Numbered from the stretch's first letter, positions 40,497 to 55,515 are shown. The stretch: 64,000 nt of DNA from Octopus bimaculoides (GCF_001194135.2 NC_068987.1:2008296-2072295), one strand, 5' to 3'. Made by a program: numbers and translations. The notes: generated by a model from the sequence alone, not told the origin.

Positions 40497-40617
40497 ATCA
40501 GTGTTGTAGTCAGTAACCATATAGCAGTGGGAATGTAGCCGTTTGGTATTGATTCTCAGACAAAAATTCAACTATACATAGACACACACACGTGAGCACA
40601 CAACCACACACACACTT

Positions 40618-40648
<31 letters not shown>

Positions 40649-42808
40649 TGAACATGTATAATATATGTATTCATTTATGTGTCTATATATANNNNNNNNN
40701 NNNNNNNNNNNNNNNNNNNNNNNNNNNNNNNNNNNNNNNNNNNNNNNNNNNNNNNNNNNNNNNNNNNNNNNNNNNNNNNNNNNNNNNNNNNNNNNNNNNN
40801 NNNNNNNNNNNNNNNNNNNNNNNNNNNNNNNNNNNNNNNNNNNNNNNNNNNNNNNNNNNNNNNNNNNNNNNNNNNNNNNNNNNNNNNNNNNNNNNNNNNN
40901 NNNNNNNNNNNNNNNNNNNNNNNNNNNNNNNNNNNNNNNNNNNNNNNNNNNNNNNNNNNNNNNNNNNNNNNNNNNNNNNNNNNNNNNNTATATATATATA
41001 TATACCTATGTATATATATATATATATATTTGTGTTTAAATAAGTTTGTATATATATGGATATATGCAAATTTGTGTGTGTGCGTGTATGTGTGTGTGTG
41101 TAATGAAATACACCCGCATATGTTTGATAAATGTGTGTTGAAATTTTGAATAGCCATCCGAAGAGTGGGGAGAGGGAGAGAGAGTAAGAGATCATGCTGG
41201 TCTCTAATCATTGCAGTACTTCCTGTTGCTAACTAAGGCCTCGTTGCAATGTATATTGTCTCGGGTATTTCAATCTGTGCCGTTTTTAATATTATCTTTC
41301 ATCCTTCAGTCGCTGCTACAAGACTTCCCGCTTCTTTAATCCCACAATTGCTATTTCTAGAAAGCCAACATTTCTTATATCACACACACAGACTTACCAA
41401 GAAATTATTTGACATTGGGTAATGTAGTTTTAGATAGACAATGTCGAATATTGAAATTCTTTCTTTTGTTTTTATTTTTATAGTGCTGCTAAATCTGAAT
41501 CGACCTGACATGGCCATCACCCTCTCACCGTCTCTATCTCACAGGCAACATCGCCTACTAAACCCTGGGACATAAACCTGCAGAAAGAGCAGCCAAAGTC
41601 CTCAAAAATGAGAACCGTTATTATTTTGGAGACTGGATGATACATTGAATACTGTATTTCTAGATAAGCTTTGGAGAAAAGACTGGATAGGCCTAGCTGG
41701 AATTCTTTTGGAAATACCTTGTCCGTCACGTTTGTCTTGGTACGAAGCAAACATCTTAATCAATTCTTTGAAATCGATTCACTTGGAAATCGATCCTTGT
41801 CCATTATTGTTGGACAACTAATGAGGCAACACTGAAGTTGTTAAAGCGACTTCGGACCTCAATGCAATATAACCGATCGAAACTGATTTCTTAAGTAATC
41901 AATCACTTTAAACTCTAAAGACATACCAATATAACTTAGATGTGTATTATCACAATCGAACGAATTAAAATATGGAGACTGCAGTTGATCTGCCAATAAC
42001 TCAGTAGAATGCTTCGGGAGATATTCGATCCCTCGATCTCTCCGATACTACTCTAATACTTTCTTCACTCGACCAGCTATCGTTTCAAAGATCTACGAAA
42101 GCGTATTTAAGTAGTCACGTGAGATGCTAAATATGGCAATCAAATCTTTATCATATCACATTTTATTGAATTCAGAAATTAGAACAAACTGGATAATATA
42201 TAATTCTAGATTTCCTGTGTCTAAAATAAGACGTGATTGTCACGGCTGAAATGCTTTCAATCATACAAGTTTGCTTAATCACGGCTGACTTGTTCCTAAA
42301 CAACAATAATAACAAAAACTCAAATCATATTTTTTACCAGCCGGATAAAGAAATAAACGCATGTGGTATGAGGTGTCTATACTAGAGCTGTTATTGACAG
42401 AACACAGTCTATGCCTATAAGTCTACATTTAGGCCAAAACATCTGTCTATATCTGCCCGTCACTTCCAAAACAAAGATTAGAATATTTTCCTTTCCCAAG
42501 TAAATATATACATCATTTCTTAAAACTATCTCTCTTCCATATTCACACTGGCCAACAGTTACCGCTAGGTTTTTGCTTTCCTTCTCTATCGTAATAGGAA
42601 AATTGAAATATTAAATTTAGAATCTATCGAATATGGTAGTCAGCACAACTCCTCTTGAACTTCAATTTATAGCTCTTGCCTATTTCAGCTGCTTTTTTTT
42701 TTTTTTTCATTTTTTGGCAGCATATTTGTTTTTTTAAATTTTAATGGTCACTAAACTCTCTCATTATCCCTTATTAGGGACAACACTGTCAAGTCTGTCC
42801 TGTCTCAC

Positions 42809-42932
42809 CTGCTATTTTCTTTTTCTTGCTGAGCGTGAAAGATGAGGTACTGCCCGTAGCCGTCGGAAACCCTCCGAAACCAGAAAATCGTTATTGTTAA
42901 CATTTCTCTCATACATTTTTGAAGGTCAACAT
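42809..42932 (-). CDS. Candidate internal exon of unknown gene (124 nt, open frame VDLQKCMREMLTITIFWFRRVSDGYGQYLIFHAQQEKENS)
   Basis: Strong acceptor CTTTTGTTTTTCCTTCAG and donor CAG|GTGAGA in non-repeat sequence. No recognised homology. Confidence 0.35.
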
Positions 42933-43218
42933 CTGAAGGAAAAACAAAAGCAGGTGCGGAATTCCCAACTGCAAGCTTTCTAATTACGACTGCAGTTCTT
43001 ACGGTGTTTGGCAATAATCAAACAATGACAAAAATTAAATAATTTTCAAACCAATTTGCATTGTGGTCGATCAAATGAGAAAATTAGTTATTATCTCAGA
43101 CAAGAAAGAGAAATAGACATTTTATATTTTATCAACTCACAAAATTTTGGGGGAAACATGTTACTATCATGATTTATGTTGCTTAATTGATTCAGAAGTA
43201 ACATTCAATAAAATTAGA

Positions 43219-43271
<53 letters not shown>

Positions 43272-43800
43272 CAACGTTAGTTATTCGTCATTCCTTTGCA
43301 ACCCATGATTGCGTCTCAAAATGCAATCATTTCCTTGTTGTTCAACAAGACGTGATTGAGGTATTATATCCAGAAAATATGTTCCGTGCGTATTTGAAAC
43401 GTCTGCAGAAGAAGGAGGTATTATTGCCGGAAATTCAATGTCTTTGATTTCAAAAGGCTGACATTTATTTCACTAACAACAATAGCCTCTATCAGTATCA
43501 GGTATCACCCTCTATCAACGGGTTTAAATTACCTTACTACTTCTGTTATGTGTTGTAGTCGGACCAATACGGGTTCGAATTCATTTCAAAACCGCCGTGA
43601 ATTTCGTTTTCTCAAATCAACGGGTCATGTAGTGAATTAAAATATGGAGAAATTAAAGGGATGACATTTAGTGTTAATTAAAAAAATATTTTTGCATTGT
43701 TAATGGTTTCTAATTGCATTTCAAATCCATAGAGCTTCAGAAAACATCCTCTTGAAAATAATACAAACACACACACACACACATATACATATATATATTA

Positions 43801-43914
43801 CGGGCTTTTTTCTGTTTCTATGAAATCCGTTCAAAACGTTCCACGCAGTGGGATTGAACATGGAACCACGTAGCTGGAAAGCAAATTTCTTACCACACAG
43901 TCACGCCTGTGCCT
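43801..43914 (-). mobile_element. SINE family A head with internal deletion
   Basis: CCACGCAGTGGGATTGAACATGGAACCACG...TCTTACCACACAGTCACGCCT. Confidence 0.8.
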
Positions 43915-44330
43915 AATATATGCTACATACTTATAAATAAATAAATATTTGCACTAGCCTAAAGTTTCTTTATTTCCTGTCGCTGCTTCGCGTTATTACT
44001 TATGCATTTGTTTAAACCGGGGAGTTTAAGAATGCAAATCAGTCGCAAATATTGACTGATTCATTATAAAATTGACACCATTTTTTTGTCAAATCAGAAC
44101 TACCTCCATTTGGTATCTTATAGTGAAGGAAGCGGAAGGATCCAGAAATGCACCTCGAGGTCCAATAAATGGTGCCACTCAGCTTCTGATAACGGTGCGT
44201 TGACACTGTTTACCTTAAGCAAGAAATTTGTTTCTGCGATAAACTGCTGTGAAAAGGTCTTTAAAAGTTAAAATATATCTCCAACATACTTGAACTGACC
44301 TAAAATTTGCTTATTTCTCATCACTGTTTC

Positions 44331-44407
<77 letters not shown>

Positions 44408-44532
44408 TTGGCTGTGAGAGCTATTCTTATAGCGCACAAGCTCCTTGCAGGGTTTCCTATGCAGGACAGCTAAAGGATCGAGGTCACACCATTGTGGTGC
44501 CCGTCTTTCCGGAGATAAAGAGATAAAGAGCT
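44408..44532 (-). mobile_element. Possible L2/CR1-type 3' end with (ATT)n tail, rest lost in gap
   Basis: Minus strand ends GTGCGCTATAAGAATAGC...CAAATTATTATT(ATT)n. The GCGCTATA motif before an (ATT)n tail is reminiscent of L2 tails. Confidence 0.3.
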
Positions 44533-46159
44533 NNNNNNNNNNNNNNNNNNNNNNNNNNNNNNNNNNNNNNNNNNNNNNNNNNNNNNNNNNNNNNNNNNNN
44601 NNNNNNNNNNNNNNNNNNNNNNNNNNNNNNNNNNNNNNNNNNNNNNNNNNNNNNNNNNNNNNNNNNNNNNNNNNNNNNNNNNNNNNNNNNNNNNNNNNNN
44701 NNNNNNNNNNNNNNNNNNNNNNNNNNNNNNNNNNNNNNNNNNNNNNNNNNNNNNNNNNNNNNNNNNNNNNNNNNNNNNNNNNNNNNNNNNNNNNNNNNNN
44801 NNNNNNNNNNNNNNNNNNNNNNNNNNNNNNNNNNNNNNNNNNNNNNNNNNNNNNNNNNNNNNNNNNNNNNNNNNNNNNNNNNNNNNNNNNNNNNNNNNNN
44901 NNNNNNNNNNNNNNNNNNNNNNNNNNNNNNNNNNNNNNNNATATACATTTATACAACTTCATTGCATGAACTGAAATTATCAGGTCGTGTATTGGCGACA
45001 CGGTTCCTTACCCAACCATAGGTTCCATCATGGCTGACTGAGGAGGTGTGCAGTTGTTGAACGGAGAAGCTTAGAGTTTCGACCAAATAGCTTTAACTGA
45101 TTGAATAAATTAGGTATACTCCACTTCTGGTATAGAGCACATTTTCTCACATACGTCATCACTAACGCATTTTATAGGTCCTCTCTCCCACCCACCCCCA
45201 CCACCACTGCTACACACACAGACACACATACACACATCCATAGAGATATATAAGTATGTATATATGTATTTATATACCTTTTCAACTTTGTATATCTCCA
45301 TTCCTGGTACGTCATTCTCCCACCCTGTCACTCTGAACAGTTCGGTGACAAACAACTACCCTGCCATCATTAACATTATAAGAAATCCCTATAGTCCACA
45401 TATTTTCCTTCTCCTACTGCCCCTCCTCTCCATCAATGCCCCAGTGGATCTGAAAATCAACAGCGCAGAAGTCACTAAATAAACATCAACTATTATGATT
45501 ATTTCAATTATAGAACATAAAGCAGTCTGCCATGTCACACTCTCTCAAACACTATGACTTCCTCTCTCTCTTTTTCTCTCTATCTCCATATCTATCTATC
45601 GATATATATGTACACACACACACACACACACACACGTGCGTGTTTGTGTGATTCTGTGCTTGTGTGTGTGTTTGTGATATTTTGTGTTCGTATATCGTTA
45701 CACAACTATATAATATAATTGAATTTCCAAAAGCTGTATAGATTTCTCTGCCGTCAATGGTGACATGATTTTCAGAATTCCGAATGAAATTTAAGCTAAA
45801 TTTACTCGAGTTCATTTAAGATAAAGGAAACCGAACAATGTTTCGGTAAACTTTCGGGGTTTTTCACTTAGATTAACAAAGTTTGGTGAAATCAGTGAAG
45901 GGAACCAAAAAATGTCTTCACTAATTCCTGCTTATTTATTCCAGCAGACTATTTCTGTGGCTGACTAACGTAAACAAATATCTTAAATGGCAGATTTATG
46001 TAGAAACTGTCATTTGAAGGGGAAACAAATAATAAGAAGGAAGGTATAATATGACATTGTGTGTACAATAATAGAAAGTCATTGTCTGAAATAGAACTTC
46101 TCTTTTGTGGGCAGCACAGACGTCGCTGTATCGTTAGCATCGTTGTTTCAATGCAATCT

Positions 46160-46296
46160 TCACGTTTGTGTTTTCGATCCCACACTGCGGTGGTTGGGGC
46201 AAGTATCGATGATTATAATCTCGGATCGTCCCAGGCGTTGTGAGCTAAACTGGGTAGACGAAAACTACGTAGAAGCCTCTTGAATGAACTGCACAT
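46160..46296 (+). mobile_element. Degenerate family-A head
   Basis: CCCACACTGCGG...GGGCAAGT...GCGTTGTGAGC...GGTAGACGAAAACT..AGAAGCC aligns loosely to 31901-32060. Confidence 0.5.
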
Positions 46297-46794
46297 TTGA
46301 CTGGTCAATGAAGGTAAACGTAATCTGTGAATTGAAGAATCGATTAGATAACACTGTCACTCAATCCATGGTGTAGGGGTCTAGTGGGGTCTGCACTGGT
46401 GACGCAGGTATTAGATTTCTGTTCTGGTGTTAAATTCATCTCTTCCGTCTGCCTCCCGGTTTCTGTGACCTGACAGAATACTTGTGCTGCAATTCTGCCT
46501 TTGGATAAATCAAAATAAAAATAAAAAAAGACGGAAATTTACATGTCATTGTTTTATCAAAAATCACTGATTTGGGATACATACAATCGAAGGCATTCCA
46601 GCCATGACCGTTTCCTGGATTTCCTATGTGCTAGAAACCCAACATCCCACTTTTTTCAAGCCTTAAAACACAACCGAGTTCACCAACAATTACGGAGAGA
46701 AATGGTAGCTAATGAATACTTGTCCCTGTTTCTGTGCGACGGGATCGAACCGTGAACAAGAGGACTGCATTAATCGAGACTGTGAACCGGACAA

Positions 46795-46984
46795 AGTGGT
46801 GGTGGTGGTGGTGGTGATGGTGGTGGTGATGGTTGTGGTGGTGGTGGTAGTGGTGGTGATGGGTGTGGTGGTGGTGGTGGGTGTAGTTAGTTCTGTAGAT
46901 GTATACAAAGGGGGAAACAAATATGTATATTCACTTATGTATGTATGTATGTAACTATCTATCTATGTATCTATTTATCTATAT

Positions 46985-47055
<71 letters not shown>

Positions 47056-47075
47056 CAGATAGATAGATAGATATA
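46795..47075. repeat. (GGT)n and (GATA)n microsatellites
   Basis: Direct reading. Confidence 0.9.
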
Positions 47076-47109
47076 TATGTATGTGTGTGTATATGTTGTG
47101 TGTGTGTGT

Positions 47110-47298
47110 GTGTCCCCAACATCGCTTGCTGGTGTTTTTACATCCCCGTAACTTAGCGATTCGGCAAAAGAGACCGATAGAATAAGTACTAGGCTTACAA
47201 AGAATAAGTCCTGGGGTTGATTTGTTCGACTAAAGGTGGTGCTCCAGCATGGCCGCAGTCAGAATGACTGAAGCAAGTAAAAGAGTAAAAGAGTAAAA
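47110..47298 (+). mobile_element. SINE family A tail
   Basis: CCCCGTAACTTAGCGATTCGGCAAAAGAGACCGATAGAATAAGTACTAGGC...GTGCTCCAGCATGGCCGCAGTC...ending in (TAAAAGAG)n. Confidence 0.9.
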
Positions 47299-47795
47299 TA
47301 TATACACACATATATATATATTTATATGTATGTATATATATATGCATATATACATGTTCATATACGTATACGAATGTGTGTGTGCACATGTGTGTGTGTG
47401 TGTGTGCATATATATACATATACATAGATATGCATACATATAAAAACGAAGTGTTGAAGTGTTAACGTAAAATGTAGGGAGTGGTATTGTAGACGAGGGC
47501 GGGGTCGTTAATGTGCTCTGTATAAAATCAGCTCGCTGTAACAATACAAGACGTCATGGTGACTCAAATTGGAAGCGTCATACTCGAATTATTATGAGGG
47601 TAGCCATCTGTGAAACACAAGTATACATACACACCACATACCACACACACACACGTAAACACAGATACATATAAGCACGCACATACAAACACCCACAGAT
47701 AAAATTGCATAAATACAAATTCACAGACAGATACATGCTATCATACACACTGGATTACACACACACTTACATACATATATAAATGTACATATATC

Positions 47796-47826
<31 letters not shown>

Positions 47827-48444
47827 NNNNNNNNNNNNNNNNNNNNNNNNNNNNNNNNNNNNNNNNNNNNNNNNNNNNNNNNNNNNNNNNNNNNNNNNNN
47901 NNNNNNNNNNNNNNNNNNNNNNNNNNNNNNNNNNNNNNNNNNNNNNNNNNNNNNNNNNNNNNNNNNNNNNNNNNNNNNNNNNNNNNNNNNNNNNNNNNNN
48001 NNNNNNNNNNNNNNNNNNNNNNNNNNNNNNNNNNNNNNNNNNNNNNNNNNNNNNNNNNNNNNNNNNNNNNNNNNNNNNNNNNNNNNNNNNNNNNNNNNNN
48101 NNNNNNNNNNNNNNNNNNNNNNNNNNNNNNNNNNNNNNNNNNNNNNNNNNNNNNNNNNNNNNNNNNNNNNNNNNNNNNNNNNNNNNNNNNNNNNNNNNNN
48201 NNNNNNNNNNNNNNNNNNNNNNNNNNNNNNNNNNNNNNNNNNNNNNNNNNNNNNNNNNNNNNNNNNNNNNNNNNNNNNNNNNNNNNNNNNNNNNNNNNNN
48301 NNNNNNNNNNNNNNNNNNNNNNNNNNNNNNNNNNNNNNNNNNNNNNNNNNNNNNNNNNNNNNNNNNNNNNNNNNNNNNNNNNNNNNNNNNNNNNNNNNNN
48401 NNNNNNNNNNNNNNNNNNNNNNNNNNNNNNNNNNNNNNNNNNNN

Positions 48445-48513
<69 letters not shown>

Positions 48514-48738
48514 CTGTGGGTGTGTGTGCATATGTATGCTTAATATTTAAGCACCCGTCAAATTTAACAAGGATTTCCTTTGTCTCTTTTCCGTAATTCT
48601 TATCATTTTGCTTTCAGCCATTGCTCCATAATCGTATTGTTGTTCATTTTGTTTTATTTTCTATTTAACTTATTTTTTTCTACTCATATAGTTTCAAAAG
48701 CTACATCAATCGGACATTGATCCTCACTGTGCTTTCAG

Positions 48739-49025
48739 GTCAACGCTGACCAATCCTCCAACAACATAAGTCCTACAAGGCTCAGCAAAACATTTTTAGT
48801 CAGCTCACTTCAGTCTAAAAGAAAACAGGCTGCTGCAGCATGAGATCTCACCAAAATGTATCTGATCCACAGCCTATTGGAACTTATTATCAGCACATTA
48901 TGAAAGAAGAAGTAAATTTTAAAGTAATTTCTAGAATGTGTGACAAGAGGTATCTTAACCGGCGCCATACTGGATTGCAATAGCCGTGCACTAAGATCTA
49001 TCATCAACGGCGCTAGTGTTCACAA
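48739..49025 (+). other. Candidate exon (287 nt), probably non-coding
   Basis: Acceptor TCCTCACTGTGCTTTCAG|G and donor CAA|GTGAGT. All frames contain stops. Confidence 0.25.
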
Positions 49026-49134
49026 GTGAGTATATACTTTACATGCACGTGTGCGTGTATATGTGTTTATGCGTGTGTGTGTATGTGTCTGTGTATGTGT
49101 CTGTGTGTGTGTGTCCATCAGTGTATTTGCGTTG

Positions 49135-49300
49135 TTGAGCCCCAGGTCAGATCTAATCAAGCATATCTAAAATATATAACGCTCCATCTATGACCATCAC
49201 GACATATTGTATTCCTAGAACTGGTATTTTCTAACGGGTTACTTTTATAAGACAACTAAGTGGATTATTAAGCATTCAGCTGCTATATCTAGGAACTGGA
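49135..49300 (+). repeat. Old interspersed repeat family F fragment
   Basis: The motif CCCAGGTCAG..CT.ATC.AG...(C)CA.C.ATGACCA and the tail GCTGCTAT.TCTAG recur in decayed form at about 24665-24730, 29468-29540, 46563-46612, 8286-8305, 41348-41362 and 57661-57684. Confidence 0.45.
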
Positions 49301-50335
49301 GCCTCCACCAGTCAGAGGGTTCGTTGTTTGGCTCCTAATTCTGTGTTGGCATATATGATATATATCCTTAATAATTGCGCTGATTTGTTTATAGAAGCTA
49401 TTTCGATTCCACACTATCAAAGATCGGCGAAGGAATGCCAACGCTTTCCGTTAATCTCTCCCTGCCATCAGTAAATGGTTGACTCGTGTTTTCCTTTCGA
49501 CATTCTACAATTGTTTAAGAAGACGCCATTGTCGACATTCGTGTTGTGGCTTCTTGCCTCGCCTCACACTTGATGCTCCACTGCTTAGTATTGTTGTTGT
49601 TGTAGTTGTTGTTATCTCCATCAGATGGAACAATAGAATAATTGGAGATTTGCATTGCGTGAGATGTGTGGGTGTGTACGATGTGTGTATGATGTGTGAA
49701 TAGCATTTAGTGTGTGTGTGTGTATGTGTGAGAGAGAGAGAGTATGTGTGTGTGTGTGAGAGAGAGAGTATGTGTGTGGGGGGGGGGATTTTAATGCGTG
49801 TTTATGTGATGTGTTGGGTGCGAGTGGATGTAAGATATATGTGGTTGTGTGCGTGTGTAAATGTGTGTGAAGTGTGTAATGGGTGGCAAATGTGATATGT
49901 GTAATATGTGTGTATGTGTGATACGTAGAGTTGTGTATATGTCTGTCTGTGCGTGGTTTTATGTATATGTGTATATGATTGCGTGTGGGTGTGAGAAAGA
50001 GTGTGTGCATGTGTGCATGTGCGTGTGTGTGTATGTGTGTGTACGTGTGAGTGCGTGTGAGTGAGAGAGAGAGCAAGAGAGTCAGTGTGTGCGTGTGTGC
50101 GAGTGTGTATGTGCGTGTGTGTGTGTGTATATATGTGTGTGTATGTGTATATGTGTGTATGTGTGTTTGTGTCTGTGTGTTCAGAATCCATACAAAAGAA
50201 AAGTGTGAGAAGAAAAGGAGGGAAAAGCATTAGAAACTTTTCGTTCCTTCATAGACAGACAGGCAGGATGGTCACGGTTGGGAAACCTTTGATGATAAGT
50301 TCACCGCAACAATATCATACAATACACTATTAAAT

Positions 50336-50551
50336 TGGTTTCATATTTTGGCACAAGGCCAGCAGTTTCGAGGGAGGGGATTAATTGATTACATCGAACC
50401 TAGTGTTCAGCTGCTACTTTATTTATCGACCTCGAAATGATGAAAGGCAAAGTCGACCTCGGCGGAGTTCGAACCCAGAACGTAAACACAGGTGAAATAC
50501 CGCTAAGCATTTCGCCCGGCATGCTAACGATTCTGCCAGCTCACCACCCTA
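50336..50551 (-). mobile_element. SINE family B, full length
   Basis: TTTTGGCACAAGGCC...ATCGACCTCGAAATGATGAAAGGCAAAGTCGACCTCGGCGGAGTTCGAACCCAGAACG...GCTAACGATTCTGCCAGCTC. Confidence 0.92.
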
Positions 50552-51094
50552 ACAGGACTCTATTTCTCTGTCATTTGTGGTCTTAACATACGCAGTGATT
50601 CGTAACCATGTAGTTGCAGGTTCGATCTGACTTCGTGGAATCTCGAACAATTCATTTTGCCATTCTTTTAGATCGACCCAAAGAAATAGGGGGACAGAAA
50701 TCAACATTAAATACTCTGTATTATACCACTACTGTCAGACAGTTATGTTGAGTAAATGTGTCTGTGGAGAACTCGGCCAGTTACACTAAAATACAAACGG
50801 TAAATACTTCAACTGATCGGAGAACTAGAATAGTCATCGTCGACAGCAACGAAATCCATTCAATATATTCAGTTTAAGGATGACCAAGGAGTGTCAGAAA
50901 GAGCCTAGTAATACTATACCAGTGTCTTACAAAGAAAGGAGGAAGAATATTAACAAGATATCTCCATTGTTGGCAGGAAATCCATATCGAAAGAAAATTT
51001 ATTATCAAATTTGTGGGTGTTTTTCTTTTATACACCACGCAGGATGTATTATAAACAATGAATGAAATATAGGAGCTGCTCGAGTTAACACCTC

Positions 51095-51139
<45 letters not shown>

Positions 51140-51249
51140 ATAATCCCCTGAGATTGCAGATAATATTTCTGAATCTCTTTGATTCTTTAGATGTGCTGGC
51201 CTCCTGATAATTAATCGATATTAATTAATATATGAATAATTACCAGATT

Positions 51250-51289
<40 letters not shown>

Positions 51290-52899
51290 TCTATGTATCT
51301 GTCTATCTGTCTATATCCCTCTCAATATGCATGAATGCGTGTATGTGTGTGTGTGTGTGTTTGCGTTGTAATTATTACTGCAGATTTCGGAGAGACGAGA
51401 GAGCGCGAGAGAGAGACAAACAGACAGAGACAGACCGACAGACAGATTACTGAGTGACATCATAAGTTAAACGAATAATATCACGAGGGGTGATAGCAAA
51501 CAGTCAGAACAACAAATGCATGATCATTTAGCAGTGATTTATTACATAAGTATAACAGCAACCACTTTAGTATTGTTATTCCATGTAGCAGTCATCTCTG
51601 GGTCGTTCTTTCAAGTAGCACTGTGAATTCTGCGATACGCCGACACTTCCGTATAAAATTAAACTGTCACCAAGTGATATAAAGCTGTCAATCACCACAT
51701 ATGAGAGTGAGAAAGGATTATGTGACGTTACTTGTGACAGACACAAGATTATGATGGTCTGGTTTCATGCTTCTACAGACTGACAATAAGATCAGAACCA
51801 TTACGGAGATGTCATAATCTGTGACAAACAGATATTTTCTTTTCTTTCGGATTAAAATTCTGTGGATTTAAATGAAAAGGTTACAAGGTGCAAGGATTTC
51901 GGAGTAAAAATAACAAAGGTCTCGTACAGCAAGTGTAGTCGTGTTGATTAGAAGATTGGTAACTGTGTTTCTTTTGGAGCCGATCACAAGCGTAGCATCT
52001 TGAGCAAGATTTTCGTTCATATGTACGATTTCGACGAACTAAGTTATGTGCGTGTGAGTAAGCTCATCGACGCTCCTACACAGAAAATATTCCAAGAAGG
52101 CACCTTTCTCTTTCGATAATAATAAACAGACTTTGGCCTTTATAGAAACAGCTTCCTGTTAGCTTACTGCCGTTCGATCATCCAGCAACTAGATTTAGGA
52201 AATGTCCCATTAATCCATTTAAACAATCTAGTTTAAGAATTACCACTCATAAAAATAGTTAGTATTGTAAGACATTGCATTGAAGTACAAGGATATATTA
52301 ACCTAACTGAAAGTTTGATAAGTTAATATATATTCATAATAGATATAACCACCACCACCGCCACCACCACTTATAGTCTTGAAGAACCTAGAACGAAATA
52401 TCAGTCACTGCATTGAAGTATCTCATGAGAAGAAATTTTTAGATTAAAATATTGAATAGTTTCTTGAGTTCATATATATTATACCACTTAATAATATCTC
52501 ACAACAACAGAAAAGTAATGCAGGCAGTGTTTCCTGTGTGTAAATCATCCTTTGGTCTCGTAATCGCTACCAACATTGGTGGGACTTTCTCAAATAACGT
52601 ACAGCGAAATTTCCTTAATAGTCATAGATACTGCGATGTCTTTCACATAAACTCTTTGAACGATAGCTAAGCCTACATGTTTGACAATTGATGAGGATAT
52701 AGTCAAATTGACAAAAAAACGAAACCTATGGTGAAAGTAGGATTTGCAAATTGTATTCCAAGTGTTGGATCGCGTCACTTATTTAGCAAGGAGTTCTTTG
52801 TCTTAACGTCCCCAATCACTTTTCTAAAATGAAGAAGTGAGCTGGTCTTGAAATGTAGCCTGTAGAAGTACACTTTTATGAAATTTATCCTACCTATAA

Positions 52900-52941
52900 T
52901 TTGCATATACCCCAACCACATTTGCATATACCCCAACCACA
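52900..52941. repeat. 21-bp tandem duplication
   Basis: TTTGCATATACCCCAACCACA x2. Confidence 0.9.
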
Positions 52942-53539
52942 TTGTGAAAATCATTTGAAATTTTTAGATATTTTTCGAATTCCTGAAATTCCTCGATCTT
53001 TACAAAAAGCCACGAATTTTCCTGGTAAAAATTGTTCTACTGCATTTTGAGGTAAAACTCCACAAAGACCATGAATTCTAGTTTTAGCGCCTTGCATATT
53101 TTCCTCCCAGTGCCCACAAATTCCCTTACTTTGTTCCACGAGATATTACAAGCAATTTCACTTTCGTTTAATTGATTTCATGATTTGTTTATTTATTAAT
53201 ATTTTATTTACTTATTTATCTATTTATTTTTGCTAAGCTTGCTCGTGGAATTGACTGAGAAACTGTAGAGAAAAGTTAAAATTCTTATTGCTCATTTCAT
53301 TGTCATCATCATCGTTTTTATTATTACGGCCGAAGAAGTTGGGGAAAAAAACGTGATTTTGAGATGCTTCCACTTGCAGCGCATCAAGGCCTCCTTTCTT
53401 TTGGCGACTTGTTTAGTTTTTTTGTTTTCGTCATTTTCTCTTTACCACACCGCATTCCATTATAGTATGTTGTATTGTATAGTTCTGTACTGTCCTCTAT
53501 TGTAAACTCTTTGAGGTTAATAATAAAATCATCAGCATC

Positions 53540-53730
<191 letters not shown>

Positions 53731-54123
53731 TATATACATACATATATACATAAATACGTGTTTACATACGCACACATATATCAGATTGTATGAATACTTT
53801 ATGCATACATGTGTGCGCGCGCGCGTCGCGTGTATAGATATAAACATGTTTGTAAGGGGACTAAATATTCATAAATGTCAATGGAACACCTAGACGGAAA
53901 ATATGTGAGAGCTTTCGAGGTGGGCGTGAGAGGAATGTCGTAACCAAATCCGACTATCTTCTTTATATATGTCTACACATATTCGTTCACTTCTTTTTCT
54001 CTTTCATTTATCATATATATATATCATACCTTTTCTTATACAGATATCTACATACAAACATAAATAGACACACACGAACACACACGTACATATATATGTA
54101 TGTATATGTATATGAGAATGTAT

Positions 54124-54154
<31 letters not shown>

Positions 54155-54359
54155 CACACACATACGTGTGTGTTCGTGTGTGTCTATTTATGTTTGTATG
54201 TAGATATCTGTATAAGAAAAGGTATGATAGACACAAGATAAAATATTATTATTTATTCCTTACATACGTTTCACCCTAGTGGTTATTTTCATCGTTTGCG
54301 GTTCCATGTGCAGTTCCATGCTGAACTATAGCAGTTTTATGTGTGCGTGTCTTTGTGTC

Positions 54360-54545
54360 TGTGGTTTATCTTCCACCACCGCTTCACAACCAGTGTTAGT
54401 GTTTACGTCCCCGTAACTTAGCGGTTCAGCGAAAGTGACCAATAGAATAAGTACTAGACATGAAACAAACAAAAATAAGTCCTGTGGTTGGTTTCTTCGA
54501 CTAAAACCCCTTCAAGGCGAAGCCCCAGTATGGTCGCAGTCTATA
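54360..54545 (+). mobile_element. SINE family A tail
   Basis: CACCACCGCTT.ACAACC...TTTACGTCCCCGTAACTTAGCGGTTC...AATAAGTCCTG...CCCCAGTATGGTCGCAGTC. A short extra tail piece lies at about 54676-54706. Confidence 0.85.
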
Positions 54546-55243
54546 TGAACTCAAGAAACTATTCAATATTTTAATCTAAAAATTTCTTCTTCTCATGAGA
54601 TACTTCAATGCAGGGAATAATATTTCGTTCTAGGTTCTTCAAGACTATAAGTGGTGGTGGCGGTGGTGGTGGTTATATCAAGGCGATGCCCAGCATGGCC
54701 GCAGTAAAGACAAAATATGTATATACATATCCGTACATATACAAACACACACCCATATATATGTCCATTTACTTATTGTATGTTACAAATACAATATATT
54801 TCACCAGGGTGCTTTAAGATTTGAATTATATACGTCTTGGAATTTAATCCATCTCTTTTCTGACTCGAACCACCGTCTTCTGCCTTTCTTCACCCGCACC
54901 ATCAACACCACCATCGCCACCAGCATCACCACTGTCACCGTAGCTGCCTCCACCGTCATCCCTCCAGCTTCCTAAGCTCTCGTCAATGAAGGCAACTTTA
55001 ATGAGATGTAATTAGATAGGTTTTGTTATGGCACCACCCACTGGAGTTGAACAAAGCCCCGTCATTGTGTTGGCGTTTAGGCTCGGGTTTTTATCTGATT
55101 TCAGCTTGTTAAATATATGGCGGTTAGTGAGACGAGATCGTATTAACATTGACATCAATCGCCAACGACAAGCAGACACAGGGAAAGTAAACTGCGTCAA
55201 TCACACACACAAACACACACAAACGCATCTATATACATACGTG

Positions 55244-55285
<42 letters not shown>

Positions 55286-55480
55286 TGAATGTATATGTTG
55301 TACATATATATGTATGTGTGTAGAAGATGTACATTTGGGTACGAAGACGGAGAATTAGTGGTATATTATATGTGTGCTATAGTTTATAGTTTTCGTTCCA
55401 TGCTGTTGAATCTTTCGGTCGGTACCCTTCCTGCGACGAAAAGGTGAACGTCGGTTTTTGGTTAGAGGTTATATACGTCC

Positions 55481-55515
<35 letters not shown>

